From Eledone cirrhosa (lineage: Eukaryota), in assembly GCA_964016885.1 (NCBI GenBank), contig OZ024743.1:42098001-42162000 (forward strand): a stretch of 64,000 nt of DNA. The letters are read 5' to 3'. This document shows positions 43,433 to 56,561 of this stretch, piece after piece. How positions within the stretch are numbered: position 1 is the stretch's first letter; each line of letters begins with the position of its first letter. Position numbers and translations under genes: made by a program. The notes under the pieces are model-generated. The model was given only the letters and a program-made list of their open reading frames with translations. It ran no database searches and had not been told where the DNA came from.

Positions 43433-44107
43433 ACGATAATAATGAATGTTATCTCTCTCTCTCACACACACATACTCTCTCTTTCTCTATATCTCTCTTT
43501 CTCTATCTCTCTCTCTCCCTCTCTCTCTCTGTATATATGTATACATACATAGATCCATACACACACACAAACACACACACATATATATAATTTACATATG
43601 CAAAGAGTCGACATTCCCGCATGGAATATATATTATATTTACTGATGTCATGAGAAATGTATGAGTATTAAGGGCATGTATTTTGTAATTTCCATCAACG
43701 TGATGACAAATATATCAATATTATGAAGATGAAAGGCAACACGACGTTCATCGTGATGCAAACTGAGTACAGAGAGCCGGAAGACTTTATCTAGTGCATC
43801 CTATCGAATGTTCTAACATCTCTGCCAAATCACAGCCTATATCAACTGTGCAAACTAAAAGAATATTCGTATTGCAACGTATCGAATGCTGTTCATGAGC
43901 AACAATAAAACGAATATATTGCTGCCATAAAATTTCGGTGGACATTTTTATAGTATTTTATGACAAAGAAACATTTTGCAGATACGTGCCCTTTTAATTC
44001 CAAACACCATAACAGTTATTAGTTTTATGATTAAAAAAAAAAGAAGGTTTTAATTTGAAAGTGTTAATCTTTATCTGGCAATCATCTGTTCCGCAACCTG
44101 AAGGTGC

Positions 44108-44345
44108 ATGGCTTGGTGGTTAGAGAATTGGGCTAACAATCGAAAGGTTGTGAGTTCAATTTTCGGACCGGCTGATGTGTTGTTTCCTTGAGGAAGACAC
44201 TTTATTTCACGTTGCTCCAGTTTACTCAGCTGTAGAAATGAGATGATAGGACTGAGGTCCCTATTATTAAGTTACCCAAGACACCTCCAGCGAGATATAC
44301 CTCGGAGGAGGCCAGCTAAACCTGCATAGGTGTGACCTGTCACAC
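44108..44345 (+). mobile_element. Second tRNA-derived SINE family (ccttgagcaagacact core, Meta/V-SINE-like)
   Basis: tggcttggtggttag (A-box) ... gagttcaatt (B-box) ... ccttgaggaagacactttatttcac. Confidence 0.8.
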
Positions 44346-44399
44346 ACACGAACACAGGCTGAATAAAACACTTGGCCAGGAACTATTATTGCAGTGATG

Positions 44400-44560
44400 A
44401 TATCATCTGTTGGTGACGTTTGAGAAACAGGATGAAAGCTTCTGAGCCAACGGGATCCAATTAAAGAAGCGTGTGCACCGCAAGGGTGATTATGTTGAAA
44501 AGGACACGCCATTTGGTCAAGTTCCAGGTCAGCCGATGAACTTTTCAACCGACCCACGTA
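44400..44560 (-). mobile_element. Possible Tc1/mariner terminal fragment
   Basis: Minus strand begins TA-CGTGGGTCGGTTGAAAAGTT, a mariner-TIR-like sequence. Confidence 0.35.
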
Positions 44561-44735
44561 ACATGTAATTGATTTCAAAATTTATCACGGAAATGCTAAT
44601 TTTATTCATTGTATTCAATTCATAATGTTGTAAGTGTCCAGACATGTGCAACTATTCCGGAATTTTAACGATGTTTAAGCCCTGTCTCTTGGGTGAACCG
44701 CCACATTGCACATACACACACACACACGCAAGCAC

Positions 44736-44798
<63 letters not shown>

Positions 44799-44805
44799 CC
44801 ACACA

Positions 44806-44841
<36 letters not shown>

Positions 44842-44848
44842 ATATATG

Positions 44849-44879
<31 letters not shown>

Positions 44880-44997
44880 ATGTATTTGTATATATGAATA
44901 TCGTATTTCTAAAGAAATACGGTATGTTAGTAAATAAACATTCTGAAAGCCTACTCGGAGCTAAATTCCTATTATGTTCCGTATAACCATGTCCATT

Positions 44998-45037
44998 ACG
45001 AGCTGAGGATCCGCTAAGGTGAGACAATTGTTTTTGG
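44998..45037 (+). ncRNA. Degenerate family A hammerhead (GAGA in place of GAAA)
   Basis: CGAG-CTGAGGA-T-CC gctaa GG-T-GAGA-CAATTG-TT-TTTGG. Confidence 0.6.
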
Positions 45038-45076
45038 TATGGTGAACTAACTGTTGTGTAACCAGTTCTATATATA

Positions 45077-45322
45077 TGGCTTAGTGGTTAAAGCATTGGG
45101 CTTACAATCGAAAGGTTGTGAGTTCAATTCTCGGACCGGGTGATGTGTTGTTTGCTTGAGCAAGACACTTTATTTCACGTTGCTCCAGTTTACTCAGCTG
45201 TAGAAATGAGTACCGCCTGCCCGCCCAGCCAGTTGGATGGCGTTATCTTATGGCTAAAACAGCACGGCGTGCTGTGACCAGCGGCGCCGGTTGGCGCCCG
45301 TCAGACTGGTCAGTCAAGGTGA
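45077..45322 (+). mobile_element. Second SINE family copy with a different GC-rich tail
   Basis: Head and core match 44108; sequence diverges after gtagaaatgag. Confidence 0.8.
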
Positions 45323-45353
45323 TATATATATATACACACATACAAAATTATAC

Positions 45354-45391
<38 letters not shown>

Positions 45392-45443
45392 GTATAAGTT
45401 TCCAGAGTCCACGCTTTGCCTGGATACTTAGCTGAGAATAGTC

Positions 45444-45521
45444 TTCCCTGACGACGAAATGCTTCTCCATATTTTCTTCGGAAAGTATATTTATTCCATT
45501 TCAGAAACTAATTAGTTGGGA
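45444..45521 (+). ncRNA. Type I hammerhead, family D second copy
   Basis: TTCC-CTGACGA-c-GAAATG..TTTC TTCG GAAA..CATTTC-a-GAAA-CTAATTAG-TT|GGGA. Confidence 0.72.
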
Positions 45522-45570
45522 ATGAAATTTTAGTAAGTAAGTTAATTTTATAATTTTCTTATTTTACGTG

Positions 45571-45607
<37 letters not shown>

Positions 45608-45645
45608 GATATATGTATGTTTATTTATATATATATATGTATATA

Positions 45646-45819
<174 letters not shown>

Positions 45820-45946
45820 AATAAATATGTAAAAATTCTATTTAAATTGTTGGGATACAACAAGCAAATATTTTTATAACTGTTATAAAGCACTCAACAA
45901 ATATTTGGAGTACGTCAATATTTATTTATAAAACTGATCTATATTA

Positions 45947-46011
45947 TATTTTATCTGATGAAAGCACACCATAATTTAACTTGGTGTCCTTGAAATATGT
46001 ATAATGAAATA
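45947..46011 (+). ncRNA. Type I hammerhead, family F second copy
   Basis: TATTTTAT-CTGATGA-AAG-c-ACACCA..TGGTGT-c-CTT-GAAA-TATGTA-TA|ATGAAATA. Confidence 0.8.
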
Positions 46012-46119
46012 AATATGGTTTTATAAATATAGTTTCCATTTGTTAATATCGTATATATAAATATATATATCTATATGTATAATTTTGTATGTGTATATAT
46101 ATATACATAATTCTAATTT

Positions 46120-46216
<97 letters not shown>

Positions 46217-46224
46217 ATTACTCT

Positions 46225-46965
46225 TTTACTCATTTACTTGTTCCAGCCATCCCGGTGAGGCCATGCTGGGGCACCCCGCTTGTTGCTACACATTTTATCT
46301 CCAGTCTACATTGGTTGGCCATTGGTGCAAGAGGGAGTTCGTTGTTGCTGCCCTTAGGTTCCCTCGTGTTTTACTGTGGGCTCATCCGGGATCCTGGATA
46401 GCAAGATGTCGAGAGGTTTCTTGAAAGCTTACATATCCATACCATACAGATCTCTCAGGTACCTGGGCAGCTTGTTGAAGAGTTTGGGCCCTCGAACCCC
46501 AGGGTATTGCAATATCTGCTCCTTATTCAAGATATGGAAGACGGGACCTTTCGCACCACACAGTGACGTCCTGTTCAGGGGTTCGTCCAGCTACCAATGC
46601 CAAAGTGTGGTGCTAGTCCATTTTCCACATGTAGATCAATGCTTATCTCTCCCGTCTTCGTTCCAAGTAGTAGAGGTTCAGTTCTTTTAGCCTCTCCCAA
46701 TAGCTTATCTCCTTCATCATCGCAATCCTCCTGGTGTAGCCTCGCTGTACTGCCTCAAGCTCCGTGGTTAGTTTGCCGCTATGGGCTGACCAGAACTGGG
46801 AGCAGTAGTCCAGGCCGCTAAGGACAAATTTCCTCCACAGTGTCAACCTGGTGTCTCGGTCTCTTGTCCGGAAAGTCCTCAAGATACAGCCAGCGTGTCC
46901 TATGCACATTGTCGCCACCTTCATGATGTGTGAGGAAAAAATGCATCGTCGCTCATATCCATACC
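46225..46965 (-). mobile_element. CR1/L2-group LINE 3' fragment
   Basis: ILRTFRTRD..LWRKFVLSGLDYCSQFW..LEAVQRGYTRRI..SYWERLKELNLY.LERRRER. Confidence 0.85.
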
Positions 46966-47507
46966 TCATACCCCAAACACTTAAATTGGGTTTATACTAA
47001 CATATAACCTAATGTTTGTTGAGTGAGATGGTTACCAGTCAGAGTTTAGCTTTAAGCTATCTCTGTTATATATATATATATCATAAATTCGAACCATATA
47101 CAGTATATATATATATCTCATTGCCTTATTTGATCTGTTTGGGGATGTTAATTTGTAATTTTACATTGATATTTTAATGTGGTGATTTACGTTTTTTCTA
47201 TGTTCAAAATATTATTTTGTGTTGACAAGAGAATCATTTTAATAAACTCTGAAGACACGTGTGTTGCAAGAACTAATCGTGAGTTTGGAATGAGAATAAC
47301 TCACTATACGTGACTCAATACAGATAGAATCAATTGTAAATCTATAACTGCATTAACTCTTTGGTTATATAAGACAATTAATGTATAAACCGCTTTACAT
47401 GACCCTCATTGCATTCAGCTAAAACGCAACTGTTAAATGAATTTGCTTACTCGCATTATTATTATAATTATAACTATATTAAAATATTAGTGCTATTATA
47501 TAAAAAC

Positions 47508-47604
<97 letters not shown>

Positions 47605-47753
47605 TAAAAGGAAAAGAAAATGCTGACAAATTGTTCCCAGTAAAAAATATATATTGGAAAATGTGTGATATCCTTGGTACAGTAAGGTATATTTGAAAAT
47701 AGGAAAAGAATGACTTGTAGTTCTAAACAATTTAGTTTAATTTTATAATATTA

Positions 47754-48937
47754 CTAGCAACCGTACCAACGTTGCCTGGGTAGGTAAAATAATATCTGCT
47801 TTGATGAAAAGGTGTTGATCTTAGCGACTGCTTCTCGATGACTCATCTATGACCACACACAGGCCATGCGGCGGGAGGGTGGTGATGACCTCTATAACTG
47901 AGAAACGCGAGTGACTGACGAAGGGGCATGCTGGGGTAGGGAGGTAATGACCTCTAACACTTAGTCAAATTTCCTTACGCTACTTAATTGGAAACCGATG
48001 AATTCTCAAATACACAACTAAAAGCTCAGACGACGTCAGTGGCCATCGTTTTGCCTTTGACCATCTATAAGATGTGCTATGATAGGTTCTATCGTAGTAT
48101 AAAAGTTGAACGAAATAAATTGATTTAAGTGTGAGGTGGAGCCGAAGTTTCGAATTTGAACGAAATCGGTTGAAAAATGTGGGAGCTAATGATAGGTCAC
48201 CGTCCCTTAACAAAAAATGCAAAGTGTAAAGCTACTGTAAGATGCGCAATGGTAGGTTCTGTCGTAATATAAAAGTTGAACCAAATAAATTGATTTATGT
48301 GTGAGGTGGAGCCGAAGTTTTGAATTTGAACGAAATCGGTTGAAAAATGTTGGAGCTAGAGCCGAAAAGGCAAAAATTTGAGCGAAAATGTGGTATTTTC
48401 GAATATTTAAGCGGTTGCCACGCCGTTTCTGAACAAAATATCGTAATTTAAAGACACTTCACGACGTTAAATAATCAGATCTAGCGTAGTATACAATTCA
48501 AGCAAAGTAGGTTGATTAATGCGGGAGCTAGAGTCGGAAAAGTGGAAATTTGAGTCTAAAAGTAGTATTTTTGAATATTTAAGCGTCTGCCACGCCGTCC
48601 TTGAACAATAAATGCAAACTATAAAGCCATCACAGAATGTGCAATGATAAATTCTATTTTGCTTTAAAATTTGAACGAAATCGGTGGCAAAATATGGGAG
48701 CTAAAGCCAAAAATCTTAATTTCCGATACTTAAAAAAAGGTTACTTCCCTATCGATTTTTATCTAGAGAATGACCCCAGAATAAAAAAAAACGATACGCT
48801 GATATATAGAAAACTCTCCCCGATGAGGAATCTATGAGCCTGTAAAGATTCATGAAAATTGGTCGTAAGATGTAGGCCCCTATAGGTAATATACAGACAC
48901 ACAGAGACACACATACGTAATGTTATATATATACAGA
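47754..48937 (-). mobile_element. Non-autonomous Helitron with internal diverged tandem repeats
   Basis: Minus strand A|TC-TGTATATATAT.. to cccaggcaacgttgg..CTAG|T; ~170 bp internal repeats at 48060-48720. Confidence 0.7.
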
Positions 48938-48954
48938 TAATATTATGAGTTGGG

Positions 48955-49097
48955 AGAAGCATAGAGTTACGTCCCTTTACGATCTGAGTTCAAATCCCGC
49001 CGAGGTTGACTTTGTCTTTCATCCTACGGGGTCGATAAAATAAAGTACCAGTAATCCACTGGGTATTTTCTGACCATGTGCCTAAATTAGAAACAAT
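48955..49097 (+). mobile_element. 5' truncated tRNA-SINE
   Basis: B-box and tail of the main SINE family. Confidence 0.85.
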
Positions 49098-49272
49098 TTT
49101 GAGTTTGTAGATCTAGTAAGTTCTTTGTTAACTTCGGTGGGAAGATTTTTAAAGATTCTTGCGTAACTTTCCTGGAAAACATTCTCGCATTCGTCTGTGG
49201 CGATTATCAAACTGAGATCTTTATGTGTATATATATATATGTATATGTGTGTAGGTGTCTGTGTGTGTGTGT

Positions 49273-49345
<73 letters not shown>

Positions 49346-50510
49346 TGTGTGTTTGTGTGTCTGTGTGTGTGTTTGTGTGTATTAAACACGAGTGTATATG
49401 TATATTTCAAATATTTTCTCACGACTATTCAATTAATGATTAAAAAGCACACATGTGTGGGGTATACCCAGCTGCATACATATTAATTCAATAAGAAGGA
49501 TATTTATATATTAAATATTTTTAACAGACTCCCATCTATTTGCATCTGTGAGGACAGCTTCCGTGTGAAGGTAGATTTCGTTTGATCAAACAACCGAATA
49601 ATCATCTTTGAAATCGATGGAGGATCCATCATTTTTCCCTGATAAATGAAAACACAAATGTCTTATAGAAGAGGAATGTAGATATATTTTCTACTTCTTC
49701 ACTTTACAAAATACATGATCACCATTACTTTCAAATAACTCTCGCAGAATCGACAGAAATTCCCTATAAAAACTTTAAGTGTTTATACGTTGACTTTTAA
49801 ACTATGGTTAGTGGTTTATCTGAGTGAAACAAATATGAAAGTTTATAGAAATATAACCTCGTGAAGACGGTTGGGAATCGGGAAATTTCAACCACATTCT
49901 CAATATCAGTGTCTTCTGATGCAGATCAAAGATAATCTTGTTTATAGTTCAGCGAAAATCATGTAGTGTCCAGAAAATATATTCACTCTTTTATTAACAT
50001 ATATGAGCTTGAAGCAAAATTCTAAATTTTCCAACACTACAGTGAAATTGTTCAGCCAAGGAGAGATCGCAAGATATTAGCTTTCAATGCAAATATGAAT
50101 ATATACCCAACACAATAGCCTTCAATACACAGGTAATAGAATAATATGTGTACGCTATTTCCATACTGTATTAAGACATGAATTCTAAGTAGAATTCTAT
50201 ACTTTGTAACACTATAATAAGAAAAGTAATTCATGGAAAATGTCTATCAATGCACAGTTATTATGATATACTTACATATATGCTACAAAGTTGTATTAAG
50301 AAACACCACTGCATGTTTGACATTTTTTTTTTTATTCAAGTATATGCGTTTAAGCATCTCATGTATATTTATTTAAATATTACAAAGCGGAAACTATCAA
50401 TCAGAAGGTCGATGTGTTTTGTGTATATTTAGAAAGGAATGTGAAATAACAATATACATGTGATTATATACATGTATGTGATTTTCTTTTTATTATTTAG
50501 TTAAGCAGTA

Positions 50511-50967
50511 GGGCGGTGAATTGGCAGTATCGATAAAGAGTCGGACAATATGCTTTATGACATAGCGTTATGTCCCTTTCCGATCTATGTTCAAATCCCG
50601 CCGAGTTTAACTTTGCCTTTCATCATCACGGGATCGATAAAATAAAGCAGCATTAATGCACTGGGGTCGATTTAATCGATTTTCCCATTCCCAAAATTGC
50701 TTGCCTTGTGTCTATATAAGAAACCATTATTTAGTTAAGCAGTGGGGTAGTGAATTGGCAGTATCAGTAGAGAGTCAGACAATATTGATTTATGGCATAG
50801 GGTTACGTCCATTTACAATCTGTGTTCAAATCCCGCCGGAGTTAGTTTGTCTTTCATCCTTACAGGGTCGATAAAATAAAGCACCAGTAACGTACTAGGG
50901 TCGATTTAATCGACTTTCCCCTCTCCCAAAATTGCTGGCCTTGTGTCGAAAATAGAAACAATTATTT
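50511..50967 (+). mobile_element. SINE dimer with repeated flank attatttagttaa
   Basis: Two head-to-tail copies including the ggggtcgatttaatcga segment. Confidence 0.9.
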
Positions 50968-51089
50968 AGTTAAACAAAAGCTTGATATTTTTACAGACAG
51001 ACTCAAATTACTCTATATGGGTAAGTGTTAGGTCTTCAGAAAAAGATATATCTCTTTTATATCTGCATACCTCTGGGAGTGTCCTGGTG

Positions 51090-51330
51090 GTAGAGTCGTC
51101 AAGCAGGCTTTCAAGTGGGTCTTATCAGTAGTAACGTTTTCCAAGTGATCTCGCCTGATCATCAAAGGAGACGAGATGACCTCACGGATGTTATTCAACC
51201 ACCCTGCTCGTGCTCAAGCATTGGGTTTCCTGTAGCTGCCTTTGTCCCTAAAATCTTCACAACAATGCTGTCCTTCGGCATTCTCACTTGTTGTCCGTAG
51301 TGCTGGTATTCTGATCTCTCAATTCGGAAT
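51090..51330 (-). mobile_element. Decayed RTE-like 3' fragment
   Basis: Resembles 61631-61805 (RTE C-terminus). Confidence 0.4.
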
Positions 51331-53882
51331 AATCACGGCTCCGACTGGAGCGACACCTCCTTCCAGGAGCTATGTACCTGATGGAGTGGGGTTACACCAA
51401 AGACTTTTGGAGTAATGTGTATTTAGGTTTCCCATAAGGATATATGCCTACGTATGAAGTAGATTTAAATCGGCCGTGATGTAACCAGGCAAGAATATAT
51501 ATATGTGAACACTATGTTGGCACCAGCCGGGGATATGAGAGTATCCTTACTCCCAACGTGTGCACCAATTCCTGACTCAGCACCTGGATCGAGGAGTTTC
51601 CATCCTCTATACAAATTTACATGCGAGAGCCACCGAATGATGTGGCGGAAATACAACAATATCTACCCAGTACATCTAGCCTCCACCACTAGTTCCTGCT
51701 CCTTACCTGTAACGGTTTCATCTTCCAGCTGCCTGGTTTTATTGCTTGTTCGCTTTTTGCGTTCTCGGGATCGGCAAAGCTTATGCGTCGACTCATGTCT
51801 CCCATTTTCAGACCTGCGCTATATTCGGCGTTAGTTAGAAAAAGAAAACAAGCATATATCTTTTCAAACGGACCGCTCAACCTAAGGCACGAACGCGAAC
51901 ACTCTTACCCCGCATAGATGAATGATTTAGTATGACTGATTTTATTGAATTGTACCATTCTGAAAGTAAACACTCATTAATTTGATCATTTTCTCAAACC
52001 TGCGAAAACTAAGTTTTTTTTAGTGACGGAGTTTACTACACAATTGGATGCAGTGTTGCCCATTTCTCCATCTCCTTTAATAGCTTACCATTGTTTTGTC
52101 CAAGTTTGCCTATCCGTCCGGCAGGAGACATATCGTAAATAGCCAACATATCTTCCAAGAATTAGAGAGAGCTGACTGGAAGAAACTCATATACGATCAA
52201 TTTATAAGTGAGAAAGAGACTGCTGAGAAAGCGTTTGACAACATGTTAGAAGTCGTTAAACATCTTTTAATGGGATGATTGTTATAATTTATAACTTTAT
52301 AATATCCTAGGCAATAGTTGTTGTTGGACCTTATACAAATTAAGCAAATATTTGATCACTGAATCTACTAGGAATAATAAACTTTCCTTAAAATAAATCT
52401 GCATAATCTTATGGACCCACAATAAAATACGTTGTCTAATTCAACAGAAAAACTGGAATACATTTCACTCTGGGTTGAGGAATCAGAGTTTAACTGTAAC
52501 GAAACCACAAGTATCACTAGCTTGGTTGGTTTAATGGCATTAGCACACAACTAAAACAGCTATCTTTGTCTTTATAAGGTGTCCTATTTACTTACGTAGA
52601 AGGTTAACATTCTAGTTATATTTTGAAAGTGATAATACAAGTAAAGTTGTTGATATTGTCGGTCGAAATTGTAAGGATTTTTGCATGATTGTAGCTGGCG
52701 TAATAAAGTAAAGGTAATGGCCTCACGTAACACGATTATAGAGCATTAAATATGGATATCGTGTTGTGTTTATAGTTTCCAGTCAACTTGTCAATTTTCT
52801 GATGTGTAATTCCGCATGCATCAATGATAGATTACGATTACATACTCCAAATTATCATTTGCGTGCGTGACGACATTTAAAGAGGTTGAATATCTGAAAA
52901 TCTATGAATATTGTTCGTGCTATAATATACACCACGTATTTAAGATGCATTAATATATTAAGCTTCATAATAATTAGTTCGTCAAATGCTGTATTATTCT
53001 CATTAAAGAATCAGAATAAAGGAATATATTTTTATCGTTTAATGATGACGATGACATTTGAGTGACACAAAAAGACTATTTGGATGTTCTATTGAAATAT
53101 GGGCGAAGTTGTGACAGAGATTATTTGATGCCTAATTTATCAACAGGCATGTTATGTAGTGCTACATATCAAATACCTGAACACTACTACAAAACCTTTA
53201 CCACACTTACCGACGTATACACAGCTCTTACACGTTTATCTTTCTCTCATTATGTATATATACAAACACACATATATAAAACAGAATAACTAATGTATAG
53301 TGGACACTTATATGACATATATATATTAAAATGTAGAGAATAGAAATGGTATTGAGAAATAAGAAAATCTATTGATTACTCAATGCTGAAGCTGACACAC
53401 CTCTTGCCTTCCATCACTCGTGAACACAGCTCCGACATTATTGACTTTCTCCATCCGCTTCAGTGGACCTCTATTCACATGTAGTGCACTGCGTACTTGA
53501 GAGGACGCTGTGCTTCGTTGAATTGCATGAAATGAAACTAAAAAATAAGGCGCATTCACCAGTATATGTCATACTACATGACACACGCCACACAAGTCTA
53601 AGTTTTTATAGTATTTAGTCAAAATAGATTGGGAAGCAGCGAATTAGAAGAGTCTTTAATACTCTGGCTTAACTGCTTCGGTTTTCTATAAGTTAACTGC
53701 GGTAAAATTTGCTTTGCATAGCCTAGTAATCGATAAATAAGTACTGGATCAGTTGCTCAGTTTCTCTTTCGCAATTTCCCTTCTTTCTAAGAAACCAAAT
53801 CTGATCAAACGTGGCTGATACTTGTTTCTACCAATGAGACAAAGCCATCAATTTGCGGCTAGGGGAAGTACGTACCTCCTCG

Positions 53883-53937
53883 TTCTTCTTCTTCTTCTTC
53901 TTCTTCTTCTTCTTCTTCTTCTTCTTCTTCTTCTTCT
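53883..53937. repeat. (TTC)n microsatellite
   Basis: Pure run directly upstream of the Tx1 fragment. Confidence 0.95.
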
Positions 53938-55795
53938 TGAAAGCATTTGATAGGGCCGACCATCGGTACCTGGCAGCGGTCATCAAGGCAGCCGGTTTCG
54001 GGCCTGTTTTCAGGGGTTGGATCGCCGCAATATACAGCGACATCTGCTCAGTTGTGAGCGTGAACGGTAACCTGTCGCAGCCGTTCAGCATCAGGTGCTA
54101 GGTCCGACAGGGTTGTCCCCTCTCGTCCCTCTTCTACGTTTCGGCTCTCGAGCCGTTACTGCACAAACTCAGGTCGATGAGGGGCGTCCCACGTGAACTA
54201 GGATGCGGGAAGTCCGAGTCGGCTTGCGCCGACGATATCTCCATAATGTTGTCGAGCACAAGACACGTCCAGATGCACGGCACCGCTCTCAATGAATATG
54301 AAGCGGTGACAGGAGCAAGTATAAACCAGGAAAAGGCGGTAGACTTGCAGCTCGCCACCTGGAGAGGCAAGTCCATGCCGTCCGACAACTTCGTGGGGCG
54401 TTGGACGGACGTACCGGTTACATTTCTAGGGGTCTAGTTCGGACCGGACCTCCAGATAGTGAAAACCTGAAGCGAGTTGACGAGCAAGGTGGCCTTCCTC
54501 ACCCAGAAATGGGCCGAGAGGAAGCTGTTCATGAAAGGCCGGGCGGAGGTGGTAAATGAGTACATCGCATCCGTCATCTGCTACCACCTCACCGTCGTCC
54601 CTTGCCCCGGCCCAACTCTCACCAAAATGGATTGCCTCCTCTTCCGCCTTTTGTGGAAGGGATGCGCTCCCATGGTCAGATGCTCCATCTGCTGTCAACA
54701 CCCGGACTGGGAATGCCATGGCTGATGATACGCAAACATGCGCTGAGGGTGCGACATCTCTGGTGCTTCCTTGACGATGAATAGGTGTGGTCGCTGTTCG
54801 CCAGACACGTTTTCCCACAGCTCGACTCCTTAACAGAGCTGCAGTCCTTGTTCAGGAAAAGACCGCGGGATAGCGCTTGGAGACTACAATGTCTCCAGAC
54901 GCTCACTGCCTTCTGCCAGCTGGAGACCAGTATCGGTGGAACATCCACCTCGGCGTTGTATAGAGGACTAGTGGAGCGGAAGAGCGACGACATTCTCGGA
55001 AATGCCATCAGCCGAGCCTATCCGAGACGCGTGCTCAGTGACGAAACGTCGTGCACGCACTCGTTCAGTGCTAGAGCATTGCTGACTTGTGGAGCTATGT
55101 CGAACAGTTGCTGTCGCGTGTGGGACTGATCTGGTTATCGACTGAGTCCATTGTGCAGATGATCTCACCGTCTTCCTTCGAGGAGGAAGGGCAGGCGGTT
55201 TTCATCTGGTGGACATGGCGAAAGAGATTGTGTGGTGCACAAGGTGGAAAGGGTTAAAGACAGACTCTTTCCTCTTCGGCGAATCCTTAATTATCTTTTT
55301 CAAGTTTCACTTGAAGAGGAAAATCAGGGTGGAGAGGCAGGTGCTGCCTTCTAGCAAGTTTGTTATATATACAGCACATTGATTATATTTAACAAAAAAC
55401 AAAATTACCATTATTCCTCTAGCAATTTTGTTGAAAGATGGGTGAATGTAGTGAGAATGGTCCGAGTGAAGGGGACCGCTCTGAATATACGACTGTAGTT
55501 TGATAGAACGAACAATTGAAACAGGGTGTTTGCCCTGGTGGTCAGGGTGGCTGTGGTCTTTTGTGTGGTTTTCGCCATGAGTAACCCTCGGAAGTTTCCC
55601 TCCTATTGGGGAATTTTTCATTGTTTCAATTTTCATTTTTATTGTTTATATATGTTTCTATGTATTTTTTTTCCTTTCTTATATACATAATTATAATATT
55701 TACACGCACAAAACCCACATCCTATCGTCCTGTACCGTCCTGTGCAGTCTGTAATTTCTTTCTTGATTTCAGCCCTTGTGGCCAATAAATAAATC
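53936..55795 (+). mobile_element. 5' truncated Tx1/L1-clade LINE (RT to 3' UTR), pseudogenised
   Basis: KAFDRADHRYL..VSVNG..VRQGCPLS..ALEPL..CADDI; C-terminal and 3' UTR homology to 59890-61580. Confidence 0.92.
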
Positions 55796-55814
55796 ATTAT
55801 TATTATAATTATAT

Positions 55815-55998
55815 TGGCAGTATCGGTAGAGGGTCGGACGCCATGGTTTGACGCATAGAGTTATGGTCCTTGCCATTCTGAGTTCAAATTCCGCGCAGTT
55901 TAACTTTGCCTTTCATCTTTACGGGGGCGATAAAATAAAATAAACTACCAGTAATGCAGTCTGTAATTGCTGGCCTTGTGCCAAAAGTAGAAACAATT
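55815..55998 (+). mobile_element. tRNA-derived SINE
   Basis: Main SINE family. Confidence 0.9.
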
Positions 55999-56286
55999 CT
56001 TATTATAATTATAATTATAATTATAATTATTATTATTATTACAGTTGCATTTATCTTGCTTTATGTTCATACGAGTTATCACCAAGTCACAACCAGTGAC
56101 CTCAAGAGACAATAAGGTCCGCCATGTTCAAGAAAGAAGAACATACATACACACACATGTATCTTTAGGTGTTTAGACTTGTGATGTACTTATATTGACA
56201 GAATCTTCCTTAGTATATGGGCAGTTCCCATTAGTATTATCTTTTGTATTACTCCTATACGCGGGTTTCCTGGGATTTGCGATTAC

Positions 56287-56347
<61 letters not shown>

Positions 56348-56561
56348 GAATGCCATGGTTGACGGAGGCTCGGCTCTGTAAGGTATAGTAATTTTTAACC
56401 ACTATAACAATTGTAAATTGTTTAAAACTTTAACCAAATTGTAGATAAAAACACCCTCCTCCTCGTGAAAGGGGTCTTTCTGTCCGTTATCTGGCCCTTC
56501 GGGGTTAAATAACCGCTTATTGGGGTTTTGTACCCAATATTCATTTTAAACCAAGAAAAAC

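Noticed and set aside
47244-47286. AAACT-CTGAAGA..AGTTT
   Set aside because: Stem I pairs but GAAA and the UH site are missing.
51500-52280. Possible decayed CR1/L2 endonuclease-linker region
   Set aside because: Only a weak F..L...DW motif; too degenerate to call.
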